Source of the DNA: Candidatus Poribacteria bacterium
GTDB lineage: Bacteria > Poribacteria > WGA-4E > PCPOR2b
Reading direction: 5' to 3'
Assembly (NCBI GenBank): GCA_965218095.1
Contig: OZ244587.1
Location: forward strand, 4,256,001-4,320,000
DNA: 64,000 nt
Numbering within the stretch: position 1 is the first letter of the stretch; each line of letters opens with the position of its first letter. A program made the translations under genes and the position numbers. Positions 39,381 through 48,589 of this stretch are shown here, piece after piece. The notes beneath the pieces are model-generated. The model searched no databases. It was not told the DNA's origin and saw only the letters and a program-made list of their open reading frames with translations.

Positions 39381-41273
39381 CTACCTTTTCTGTATTCCGC
39401 TTCCTTCGATGATCACAACCCGCTGGTTCGCCTGGATATTTGTAAATCGTTCGGCATTTCCACTCAACCAGACCACTTCAAGCCAATCGACTATCTCATG
39501 CTGTCCTAATCCAAACTCGGCGATTAGGCTATTAAAAGATAAATAGCTTATACCGGCGTTGATTTCACGAAGCTGGATCAGATCGCCTGCTTTGAGCCGG
39601 ATCTTCGCACCGACAGCGTCACGGTTGCGCTTTGTGCCGGTCAGCTTCACATGCAGCCAGTTGTTGCGGTTGCCCCCATCGTTCCGTAATAAAACGGCGC
39701 GATCATGGTTGTTGATGATTACGATATCGACATCGCCGTCGTTATCGTAATCTCCAAACGCGACGCCACGCCCAACTCGTGGCGGCAGTGAGGCGATGCC
39801 GGCGATTTCGGTCGTATCAGTAAAAACGCCGTCTCCATTGTTGCGAAAAAGTTGATCTTTCTGGGCAACCAGTTTCTCACGCTGATTGAGATACGGATAC
39901 GTGTGTCCGTTGGCGACAAAAATATCGAGATGACCATCGTTGTCGTAATCGAAGAAATCCGTTCCCCAGCCGACATAGTGGATGCTTTCCTCACCAAGAA
40001 ACGCGGTGTACGATTCATCAACCAGGCGGATAGGCCTCACGCCATTCGGCCCCACTAAAACAGGGGAAAGAGACTCCTTTCGCCGCTTCGGGGTGGGATT
40101 GTCAATTGCGCTTTCTTCCTGCCACAAATTACTGTAAAGCGCATTTTCCTGATCCATCCAGTGGCTGATAAAGAAATCCACATCCCCATCCCTGTCGTAA
40201 TCCCCCACTCCCAGCCCCATCGATCCACGAACATCCGCCGCCCACGAGTCATCGCTCACATTCGTGAATGTCCCATTCCCAGTGTTGCGATACAGGGTGT
40301 TAGGAGAGAGATCGTTTGCAATATAAAGATCCAGATCGCCATCGAGATCAAAGTCCGTAAAGATGGCTTGAAAACTCCTCCCGCCTTCGGATTTGACGCG
40401 CAGATCGGCGGAGACATCGGTAAATGTGCCATTTCCGTTGTTACGATAAAGCACGTTGTCTTGAGGGGCAAAGACAACAGGGTTTAACGCGCTCGGAACA
40501 TATTGACCATACTGCTTCGACTTTTCCTGTACGGCGGCTAGCTTGCTGAGATCATATTCGATATAGTTCGGCACATAGAGATCGAGGTCGCCATCGTTAT
40601 CATAATCCGCGAATGCAGCGCCGGTGCTCCACCGCGCATCGCCGACCCCCGCGTCCGTTGTGACATCGGTAAAGATCCCATCCCCGTTATTGCGATACAT
40701 GACATTTGGACCGTAGTTGGTGACGTAGAGATCCAGATCGCCATCGTTATCGTAATCTCCAAAAACGCAACCCATGCCGAAACCTTTATCACCGATGCCG
40801 GCGCTTGCGGTGACATCAGTGAAGGTCCCTTCTCCGTTGTTGCGGTAAAGCACATTGCCGGGTGATGACTCCGTAATTGCCATGTAGAGTGGGCCCGGGT
40901 TGTTGACAATGTAGAGATCCAAATCCCCGTCATTATCGTAGTCAGCGAAGGCTGCTCCCGATCCGATATCTTCTGGATACAATCCTACCTCCGTTTTTTC
41001 TAATGACCGGAGACCACGCGAGTGGACGAAGTGAATTCCTGCTGATGCAGTGACATCTTTGAAAATGACGGTGTTCCCGGGGGAATCTGAATCTTGGGCG
41101 ACAATCGGTGTGGAGACGCAGAACGTTAGAATCAACAGAATTGCGCAGATCCAACGAAGGGGGTTGATAGCGGCGGCAACCAATTCCGCCTGGGGCGGCT
41201 CGAAACGCCCACGCTGACGACGGTCTCTGATTCCGCCATATCGAATCACGATAACTTTCAACTTTTCTGGCAT
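39381..41273 (-). CDS. CRTAC1-family FG-GAP repeat + ASPIC/UnbV protein (start uncertain, ORF extends to 41342)
   Basis: Hydrophobic signal; FTDVTASAGI and DYDNDGDLDLYV repeats; NRDAVGAKI...FGLG...VVW C-terminal domain. Confidence 0.88.
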   Translation of the reverse strand: MPEKLKVIVIRYGGIRDRRQRGRFEPPQAELVAAAINPLRWICAILLILTFCVSTPIVAQDSDSPGNTVIFKDVTASAGIHFVHSRGLRSLEKTEVGLYPEDIGSGAAFADYDNDGDLDLYIVNNPGPLYMAITESSPGNVLYRNNGEGTFTDVTASAGIGDKGFGMGCVFGDYDNDGDLDLYVTNYGPNVMYRNNGDGIFTDVTTDAGVGDARWSTGAAFADYDNDGDLDLYVPNYIEYDLSKLAAVQEKSKQYGQYVPSALNPVVFAPQDNVLYRNNGNGTFTDVSADLRVKSEGGRSFQAIFTDFDLDGDLDLYIANDLSPNTLYRNTGNGTFTNVSDDSWAADVRGSMGLGVGDYDRDGDVDFFISHWMDQENALYSNLWQEESAIDNPTPKRRKESLSPVLVGPNGVRPIRLVDESYTAFLGEESIHYVGWGTDFFDYDNDGHLDIFVANGHTYPYLNQREKLVAQKDQLFRNNGDGVFTDTTEIAGIASLPPRVGRGVAFGDYDNDGDVDIVIINNHDRAVLLRNDGGNRNNWLHVKLTGTKRNRDAVGAKIRLKAGDLIQLREINAGISYLSFNSLIAEFGLGQHEIVDWLEVVWLSGNAERFTNIQANQRVVIIEGSGIQKR

Positions 41274-41316
41274 TTCTAATTCCTTCGGTTTGAGTAAGGA
41301 AATTCGCCCAATTCCT

Positions 41317-41535
41317 TTATTCCAATCGAATCCGCAGATCAACCAGCGTATAACTGATGTCCGTCAATAGCAAGCCCACGATATACAGAACCGAGCCCAG
41401 ATAAACCATATTGCGGACAATCGCAAAATCTTGTGCGTTGATAGCGTCGGTGGTAAAACTGCCGAGCCCTGGAATCGCGAAGAAGTTTTCCATGACAAGG
41501 CTGCCCATGAAGAGGAACGGAATTGCCAATACCAC
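41317..41535 (-). pseudogene. C-terminal fragment of OppB/DppB-type ABC permease
   Basis: GSLVMENFFAIPGLG...QDF...DISYTLVDLRI; the N-terminal part is absent. Confidence 0.8.
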
Positions 41536-41652
41536 ATTAGTTCATGGGTGTGTTGGTCGAATTACAGAATATCCCGAATTCGTCAGCTTTGTCAACGGAA
41601 AAGATGAAACCTTGTAAATTTTCATGCCCGGTAATCAAAGTTCCGAAAATGC

Positions 41653-41681
41653 TTGAATCAATTAACGGATTGTGATATACT
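41653..41681 (+). promoter_or_regulatory. Sigma-70 promoter of the BMC satellite operon
   Basis: TTGAAT-17-TATACT with TG. Confidence 0.6.
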
Positions 41682-41778
41682 GCTGTCACTTATTTGAGTT
41701 ATGCCTTGTGTAAGGAAGGTTCAGGCCCTTCAACAATTTCAATCGAGAATTGTGAATCCGGAGGTTACAATATCGAGT

Positions 41779-42111
41779 ATGGCAGGAGATGCTTTAGGTT
41801 TAGTTGAAACTAGAGGGTTCGTCGCAAGCGTCGAAGCGGCTGATGCAATGGTCAAAGCAGCAAATGTTCAGCTCATCGGGTATGAAAAGATCGGTGGGGG
41901 ATATGTGACGGTCATGGTCCGTGGCGACGTTGGGGCTGTCAAAGCGGCGACAGATGTTGGTGCAGAAGCAGCCGCGCGGGTCGGTGAAGTGATATCCGTC
42001 CATGTCATCCCAAGGCCGCATGCAGAAGTTGAATCGATTTTATCCTCTCAGGGACAGTCCGAGAACAATACATTATCTATTGAAGTCGCCGGGGAGGAAT
42101 CATTAAGTTAA
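41779..42111 (+). CDS. Bacterial microcompartment shell hexamer (BMC-H; PduA/EutM/CcmK type) with acidic C-terminal tail
   Basis: ALGLVETRG...[11 protein letters not shown]...GDVGAVKAA...HVIPRPH. Confidence 0.95.
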   Translation: MAGDALGLVETRGFVASVEAADAMVKAANVQLIGYEKIGGGYVTVMVRGDVGAVKAATDVGAEAAARVGEVISVHVIPRPHAEVESILSSQGQSENNTLSIEVAGEESLS

Positions 42112-42123
42112 GGAAAATAGCGC

Positions 42124-42831
42124 ATGAATGACAAGGCACTCATTGAGCTGGTCACTCATAAAGTGCTTGAGCAATTACAACAGGGTGAGCCCTGTGGTGG
42201 CTGCGCTTTACGGATGTGCGCCGCCGGGCACCGTGCATGCGACGCCGCCGTCCAACAAAAAAAGATTCCTATCGGTGTTTCGGCAAGGCATGCCCATGTC
42301 ACCCAGAAACACCTGGAAATTCTCTACGGTAAGGGGTATCAATTGACTGTTCACGCCCCTTTATACCAACCCGCCGCTTTTGCGGCGAAAGAAACGCTAA
42401 CCATCGTTGGGCGACGTATGCGGGCTATCGAAGGGGTTCGTATCCTCGGTCCCGTGAGGGACTATTCTCAGGTCGAATTGGCACGTACCGATGCGATCCG
42501 TTTGGGACTCGATCTACCGATTCGTGATTCAGGTGATATTGCCGGTTCAGCGCCGATTGTGTTAATTGGTCCCAAGGGTTCTGTTCATTTAAAAGAAGGC
42601 GCAATCTGTGCGACACGGCATATTCACATGACCCCGCAAGATGCGGAAAGCTTAGGCGTACGTAAAGGGGATCTGTTGAAAATTCGTATTCCCGGCGAAC
42701 GGGCATTGACCTTTGAAAACATTCGCCCGAAAATATCACCGAGCTATGTGCTGCAGATGCACCTGGATACGGATGATTCCAACGCTGCTGGTCTACGTGG
42801 AGGAGAAGGCGTTGAGCTGCTGAAAGATTAG
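42124..42831 (+). CDS. pduL: Phosphate propanoyltransferase PduL with N-terminal encapsulation peptide
   Basis: GVSARHAH, RILGPVR...QVE...TD...LG...RDSG, RHIHM, MHLDTDDSNA; amphipathic N-terminal helix LIELVTHKVLEQL. Confidence 0.92.
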   Translation: MNDKALIELVTHKVLEQLQQGEPCGGCALRMCAAGHRACDAAVQQKKIPIGVSARHAHVTQKHLEILYGKGYQLTVHAPLYQPAAFAAKETLTIVGRRMRAIEGVRILGPVRDYSQVELARTDAIRLGLDLPIRDSGDIAGSAPIVLIGPKGSVHLKEGAICATRHIHMTPQDAESLGVRKGDLLKIRIPGERALTFENIRPKISPSYVLQMHLDTDDSNAAGLRGGEGVELLKD

Positions 42832-42841
42832 GGGAATCCAA

Positions 42842-43606
42842 GTGGCAATCAGTTCAGAAATCATTCGACGAATCGAGGAGGAAGTCAAGAAAGTCCTCAC
42901 ACAACGGGGAATTGCTTCAGCATCCTCCCCATCAGATCAGCGTATTCTGGCGATATTTGATGCTGCTCAAATTGATCTCGCTCGTCCATTGCAGCAGCTT
43001 GACAGGTGCATTCAACACGGCTATGTCGTCACGGCGATTTTGTCAGATCTTGCTGCCAGGCTTTTGGACATATCCCGCATTCGTTCTGTATGCGGAAACG
43101 AACGTGTTTTTGTATCCAGCGAAATTACGAACCTTCAGTCTTTCACTAAAGATTTCTTCTCCTCAATTGTTATCCTTATTTTATCTTACCCGATGGCAGC
43201 CAAACTCACCCTGGGAATGGCAGATACACCGTGTACTTACCTCATTTTTCAAGCGATGCTTCGCAGAGATAGAATCATCGCAACGTCTGATGCGTTTGAA
43301 ATCTTAGCTGAATCTGAGAGCATCTCTGAGATTTCAAAGCTCGGACAAAATTACATCAAAACCCTTTCAAACTTTGGGATTCAATTTGTGACCATGGATC
43401 GGCTCGGTGAAACAATTTTAAGCGACGATCCTATGAGTTTTAGCTCGGTGGATTCAAGGCATGGGAAAAACGTGATCAGCGCCTCGGTGATTGCCAACCT
43501 TACGCCGGGTGTGCGCGAATTTGTGTACTCGAATCCGGCGATTATCACGCCGCTTGCACATGATTTGGCAGTCCAAAAGGGCATCCGACTCGTGGCAAAG
43601 GATTAA
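42842..43606 (+). CDS. BMC-associated flavoprotein-like protein with encapsulation-peptide-like N-terminus
   Basis: IIRRIEEEVKKVL amphipathic helix; MAAKLTLGMADT flavoprotein-like motif; C-terminal IITPLAHDLA..KGI motif seen in BMC loci. Confidence 0.7.
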   Translation: MAISSEIIRRIEEEVKKVLTQRGIASASSPSDQRILAIFDAAQIDLARPLQQLDRCIQHGYVVTAILSDLAARLLDISRIRSVCGNERVFVSSEITNLQSFTKDFFSSIVILILSYPMAAKLTLGMADTPCTYLIFQAMLRRDRIIATSDAFEILAESESISEISKLGQNYIKTLSNFGIQFVTMDRLGETILSDDPMSFSSVDSRHGKNVISASVIANLTPGVREFVYSNPAIITPLAHDLAVQKGIRLVAKD

Positions 43607-43757
43607 AATCAGCGAACTTATGAATTCTTTTACGTTTCACGTATCCCGCAAGCAGGTATCACTTTTGCTACAGCATCGTATCACCGTTGATACATTTGGA
43701 TGCAATCCACGCCAAATCGCTTTATCGTCGTGTATCAATCGCCGATTGGCTCAGTTA

Positions 43758-43772
43758 TGGCATCTAAATTGC
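43758..43772 (+). promoter_or_regulatory. Sigma-54 (-24/-12) promoter
   Basis: TGGCAT-CTAAA-TTGC, 14/15 identical to the one at 33212. Confidence 0.75.
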
Positions 43773-43922
43773 TTACAGTATATATTCTGAGTTATTGGTG
43801 AATAACGCACAATTTCAAGTTCGCTCATGCACAGTCATTACCATGAGCGAACTCCTTACATCATATGAGCGGATGGCTAAAATCAGTTTTGCAAGTAAAT
43901 CACACATTCAGGAGGGTTTGTC

Positions 43923-45530
43923 ATGAAATTCCACATCCAGGTTGTTATTTTACTCGTGCTAACAATCTTCTTCTTGACATTATTAACAAATGTTGCCCAG
44001 GCAGACCATGAATATGATTACCTTTCAGATCGCCTGAGTCGTGAACATCGGGATGCAGGCGATGTTGAGGACTGGATCGAGCGAGGCAATGCGACTGTTA
44101 CCGCAAGCCCTCGTTTTGAAGATGGTATACGCTTGGCGGCGTGGGCAAGCGGATCGGATAAGAAGGGAAACTACGAATTTGCAATAGCCAGTGCGATTTA
44201 TCTCTTTGAAATTCCTCGACAGGCTCAGTACATCGAGATTCTGGTGCGCTACCGAGGGGAACCTCACAAATCGGACTTTGAGGATTATGAGGAAATTGCT
44301 GGTCGCGTTTGGATCCGCAATACCAAACGTGAATATTCCCGCCGGCGCTATGATGACGAGAATGAGGAGGAAACACTATACGGCAATACCTTCGTTTTGC
44401 GCGCAAAGCGCCGATCAGAGACAATAAAAATTGCAACGGCAGGGCATGTCGATAACGATCTACTTGAGATGCACATTGTTGCTGAAGATGGTGAACAGCT
44501 TGGCATAGAGTATATTGATGTTTCAACCTACCGACGACAGCCTGACGTCCGTGTCGTTCATCGTTATGCTCGAGATTATCGGTGGCGCCCCTGGCATAGA
44601 TATACTTATCTATACTTTTACGATGGTCCATTTTACTACTGTACCGATTTGGGTTACTATATTCGATGGAGTTATCCGATTTATGACCATCACTACCTCT
44701 CTATTCGCTACGCTTACGGCGACTACCTCCATCATTACTATCGCCGCTACCCCGATCACTACTATCGTTCCTATTCCAACAATGTGCATGTCCATGTTGA
44801 TAACGCTGTTAAAACGCAACGACGACTCAATCGCTGGACAGCGACACATGAAACCACCCGACGCGAATATACGCGAAGTCGATTGTCAACAACCTCATCA
44901 AAAACGAACAAAGCAAATGTACAGACCCGTGTTCGCTCATTAATTAGAGAAAACCGTCGGGAACCAGTTCTTGCTGATCGAGTTATCCAACGCGCTACTG
45001 TTTCTCGCAAACGGAGACGAATCGATGCAGAAGTTGAACTGAATACGGCAATAAAGGGGCAACGCGATTTCTCACGTTCCATTGATGACGCATCCACACG
45101 ATCCTACCGCGCAACTCAGGAGATACTAAAACACAAGCGGTATTCATCTGGCCGAAGGGATATGCGATCAAGGACAGAATCCCGTCTCTACCCCTACGAT
45201 CGTTTTCAGCTTTCTACAAAACAGAAGCGTTATTCATCTGACCAGGAGGATACCCGATCAAATGCTGAACGTCGTGCACGTCTCTATAATCGTTCGCGAT
45301 CTTCGGCAAGTCGACCGAGTGCAGCGCCTTCACGCAGCCAATCTCCAGGTTTAAGCAGCGGTACAAACAAACGCAAGCACTCATCTTCTTCCTCCTCACA
45401 CCGCCAAAAATCAACAACCCCGCAGGCACCGCAGGCAAGCTCAAGTTCATCCAGCCAGAGTGACGATGACGAAGAAAAAGATCGCAACCGCAATACCACA
45501 AGGACACAAAAACGTAAGCGAAGAAATTAG
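43923..45530 (+). CDS. Secreted hypothetical protein with Tyr/His-rich segment and long Arg/Ser-rich disordered tail
   Basis: AGGAGG RBS, signal peptide ending AQA, globular N-half, low-complexity C-half; followed by a terminator. Confidence 0.8.
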   Translation: MKFHIQVVILLVLTIFFLTLLTNVAQADHEYDYLSDRLSREHRDAGDVEDWIERGNATVTASPRFEDGIRLAAWASGSDKKGNYEFAIASAIYLFEIPRQAQYIEILVRYRGEPHKSDFEDYEEIAGRVWIRNTKREYSRRRYDDENEEETLYGNTFVLRAKRRSETIKIATAGHVDNDLLEMHIVAEDGEQLGIEYIDVSTYRRQPDVRVVHRYARDYRWRPWHRYTYLYFYDGPFYYCTDLGYYIRWSYPIYDHHYLSIRYAYGDYLHHYYRRYPDHYYRSYSNNVHVHVDNAVKTQRRLNRWTATHETTRREYTRSRLSTTSSKTNKANVQTRVRSLIRENRREPVLADRVIQRATVSRKRRRIDAEVELNTAIKGQRDFSRSIDDASTRSYRATQEILKHKRYSSGRRDMRSRTESRLYPYDRFQLSTKQKRYSSDQEDTRSNAERRARLYNRSRSSASRPSAAPSRSQSPGLSSGTNKRKHSSSSSSHRQKSTTPQAPQASSSSSSQSDDDEEKDRNRNTTRTQKRKRRN

Positions 45531-45550
45531 GCATCACTCGCAACCAACTT

Positions 45551-45588
45551 AAAACAGCTAAAGAGAATTTCTCTTTAGCTGTTTTTTT
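45551..45588 (+). terminator. Intrinsic terminator
   Basis: AAAACAGCTAAAGAG-aattt-CTCTTTAGCTGTTTTTTT. Confidence 0.88.
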
Positions 45589-45608
45589 ATGAAAAGATCA
45601 CTTTTCTG

Positions 45609-45637
45609 TTGACAAGACCTTCGAGTTTTGCTATTAT
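45609..45637 (+). promoter_or_regulatory. Sigma-70 promoter, now separated from its downstream genes by IS insertions
   Basis: TTGACA-17-TATTAT with extended TG. Confidence 0.7.
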
Positions 45638-45651
45638 AACCTGAGTTGCTA

Positions 45652-46351
45652 GGTTCTGTTGACATTTGAGTATAAGGTTGTGGCATAATAGAAGAATGAT
45701 GCCAATAACCTTACCCGATGACCAATGGAAAAAGATATACTCGTTTCTTCTAACTTGTCCCAACATCTATGTTGGCAACGAAGCGACAACACGCCGCTTT
45801 ATCGAAACTGTTCTCTGGGCGACCCGTAGCGGGGCTCAATGGCGGATTCTGCCAGACACCTATGGTAAATCGAACACCCTCTACAAGCGGTTTGCTCGGT
45901 GGTGCGACAAAGGGGTCTTCACACAGATGCACCACCACTTCGCCGCCGACCCCGATATCGAGTCGCTTATTGTGGACAGTACAATCATTCGAGCGCACCC
46001 GTCTGCGGCGGGTGCCGAAAAAAAAGGGTGGCACTGAAAACCAAGCGTTAGGTCGGTCTCGCGGGGGATTCAGTACAAAAATTCACATCACCGTTGACGG
46101 CCTGGGTAATCCACTAAGAATTCATCTGACACCCGGTCAAAGAAACGACATAGCGGAAGCAGAAGCGTTGATACTTGGATATAAAAGCGAGTATGTGATT
46201 GGAGACAAGGGATATGACTCCGACAATTTTATCGCGGTTATTGAGGCGAATGGAGCGATTGCGGTGATACCGCCAAAAAGTCATCGTGTGGATCAAAGAG
46301 ATTACGACAAACATCTGTACAAAGAGAGACATCTGGTTGAATGTTTCATTA
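45652..46351 (+). mobile_element. IS5-family (IS427-like, two-ORF -1 frameshift) copy 1, 3'-truncated
   Basis: IR GGTTCTGTTGACATTT; GAQWRILP, IVDSTIIRAH, slippery A8[20 protein letters not shown]; cut at a TA by copy 2. Confidence 0.9.
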
Positions 46352-47172
46352 GGTTCTGTTGACATTTGAGTATAAGGTTGTGGCATAATAGAAGAATGAC
46401 GCCAATAACCTTACCTGATGAACAATGGAATAAGATATACCGGTTTCTTCTAAGCTGTCCCACCATCTATGTTGGCGACGAAGCTGCTACACGCCGCTTC
46501 GTCGAAGCGGTTCTCTGAGTGACTCGTAGCGGGGCTCAATGGAGACTTCTACCAGACACCTATGGCAAATGGAACACCCTCTACAAGCGTTTTGCTCGAT
46601 GGTGCGACAAAGGTATCTTCACACAGATGCACCCCCACTTCGCCTCTGACCCCGATATCGAGTCGCTTATTGTGGACAGTACCATCTGCCGCGCTCACCC
46701 GTCTGCGGCGGGCGCCTTAAAAAAAACGGTGGGACTGAAAACCAAGCATTAGGTCGGTCTCGGGGCGGTTTCAGTACAAAAATTCACATCACAGTTGACG
46801 GACTAGGCAATCCGCTAAGAATTCATCTGACACCCGGTCAGAGACATGACATAACTGAGGCGGAAGGGTTGATAATCGGATATAACAGTGAATATGTGAT
46901 TGGAGACTAAGGGGTACGATTCGGACGCTTTTATCGCGGTTATTGAGGCAAATGGAGCGATTGCGGTGATACCGCCAAAAAGTCATCGTGTTGACCAAAG
47001 AACGTATGACAAACACTTATACAAAGAAAGACATCGGGTTAAATGTTTCATCAACAAGATAAAATGGTATCGTCGTATCTTCTCTCGGTTTGAGAAGCTA
47101 GCTGTCCGTTATTTTGGATTTCTCAGCTTTGTCTCCACTCTTATATGGCTCCCTTGAAATGTCAACAGAACC
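46352..47172 (+). mobile_element. IS5-family copy 2, full length but with nonsense and frameshift mutations
   Basis: Both IRs (GGTTCTGTTGACATTT / AAATGTCAACAGAACC), TA flanks; TGG to TGA near 46516. Confidence 0.9.
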
Positions 47173-47218
47173 TAGCAACTTGGGTTAGTATATCTTTCTT
47201 AAGGAGAGGTATAAGCAT

Positions 47219-47770
47219 TTGGCAAGATCTCAAGTGAAGTTATTTGTAATGACGCTATTGATTTCTGTTTTGTGCTTACTTTTTTTGGGGCAAGTCAGTT
47301 CGGCACAGTCAGACGAAGATCTTCACCTTGTTTCACCAATTGGTGCTGTTGCGCGTTCTGCTATCCTGCCTGGTTGGGGACAGTTCTATGCGCATAGCCG
47401 CTTTCAAGGCACTTCTTCCATGATTGGGACAAGCGGGCTTCTTATTGGTGCTTTGATTGCTCACCAATCCTTTCAAGATGTTTATAATAACGCGTATGTT
47501 CCGATAGCTCTAAACGCCCCGGATTCTCCAGAAGCCGCTTTCCAATACAATCGAGCGAATCAACGTTTTAAGCTTCGGCAGTTTTTCCTTTTTGCGGTGG
47601 TCGGTGTGTGGGCGTACAGTGTTATTGATTCCTACGTTGGCGCGAATTTGTACAACGCAACAACAAAAGCCAATCAACTCATCGACGATGCAAAACGGAT
47701 CGAAAAATTGAGTGTGCAACTTGAGGTAACTCCAACCCAACTTCATCTTGGTATTGTCAAATTCTTTTGA
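47219..47770 (+). CDS. DUF5683-like membrane/envelope protein
   Basis: Signal peptide; RSAILPGWGQFY and WAYSVIDSYV motifs; C-terminal Phe. Confidence 0.75.
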   Translation: MARSQVKLFVMTLLISVLCLLFLGQVSSAQSDEDLHLVSPIGAVARSAILPGWGQFYAHSRFQGTSSMIGTSGLLIGALIAHQSFQDVYNNAYVPIALNAPDSPEAAFQYNRANQRFKLRQFFLFAVVGVWAYSVIDSYVGANLYNATTKANQLIDDAKRIEKLSVQLEVTPTQLHLGIVKFF

Positions 47771-47812
47771 AAGGCTAGTGAACACAGCTTGGTTTATGGA
47801 GGTGTTTCATCC

Positions 47813-48391
47813 ATGTTAAAGATGTTTGCCAAAACAGCCGGCTTTTTGCTAATTTTGAGTTTTCTTTCAAATTGTGGAGATGTTCAGAATTTCAATACGC
47901 CCAAACAAGGAGAGACGATAGCAATCAATCGGGTTTTGAAAAATTGGCGCGAGGGTTATCAGAATGAAGATATCGAAATGTATATGAGTGCCTTCTGGGA
48001 AGAAGGATTCCTTTACACTTCGGATATGGGAACAGATAACGATCAAACAGATGACCTTGTTTTCGATGATATTCGAGACGAAAGAGATGCTGCGATTCGC
48101 GTTTTTAATAGATTCCAGGATATCGACATCGAGCTTTCTGAACCACCGGACGTGCAATTTTTGGGAGATCGGACACGAGCAGAGGTCAGAAACCATTATC
48201 GAATCGAAGGGTTTGTTGCCGACGGTGAATCTCTCGACGGAGGATTTACAGGATGGTTCGCAGAAGGAGATAATGTATTTACCCTTGAGCTCAGGACGAA
48301 CAGCAAGACAGGGAAGAAAGAATGGCGCATCACTGAGTGGCTTGATGAAGCGTTTAGCATAGAAGAGATCGAGGCTTCCAATAACCTCTAA
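47813..48391 (+). CDS. Lipoprotein with NTF2/SnoaL-like fold
   Basis: Lipobox FLSNC; INRVLKNWREGYQNEDIEMYMSAF start and WRITEW end typical of NTF2-like domains. Confidence 0.65.
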   Translation: MLKMFAKTAGFLLILSFLSNCGDVQNFNTPKQGETIAINRVLKNWREGYQNEDIEMYMSAFWEEGFLYTSDMGTDNDQTDDLVFDDIRDERDAAIRVFNRFQDIDIELSEPPDVQFLGDRTRAEVRNHYRIEGFVADGESLDGGFTGWFAEGDNVFTLELRTNSKTGKKEWRITEWLDEAFSIEEIEASNNL

Positions 48392-48496
48392 TTTTTCGGT
48401 CTTCAACACAAGCGTTGCTGGCAGGAATTCCATCCCGTCGGCAACTGGCCTTTCTTTGCTTATACTTGTCAACGGCATAAGTTGTGCTTCTCGGTT

Positions 48497-48561
48497 GTCA
48501 TCTTGAGCGAAGCGCAAAGATTCTCCGTGCTGAGATTTTTGTGCTTCGTTCAGATCGAACA
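48497..48561. repeat. Degenerate REP-like palindrome (GTCATCCTGAGCGAAGCGAAGGATCT family)
   Basis: GTCATCTTGAGCGAAGCGCAAAGATTCTC...GAGATTTTTGTGCTTCGTTCAGATCGAAC. Confidence 0.65.
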
Positions 48562-48589
48562 TATTGTTTCTTATTGCACCAACGAAGGG

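Noticed and set aside
41779-42111. Carboxysome or complete pdu/eut operon
   Set aside because: No RuBisCO, diol dehydratase or ethanolamine ammonia-lyase genes nearby
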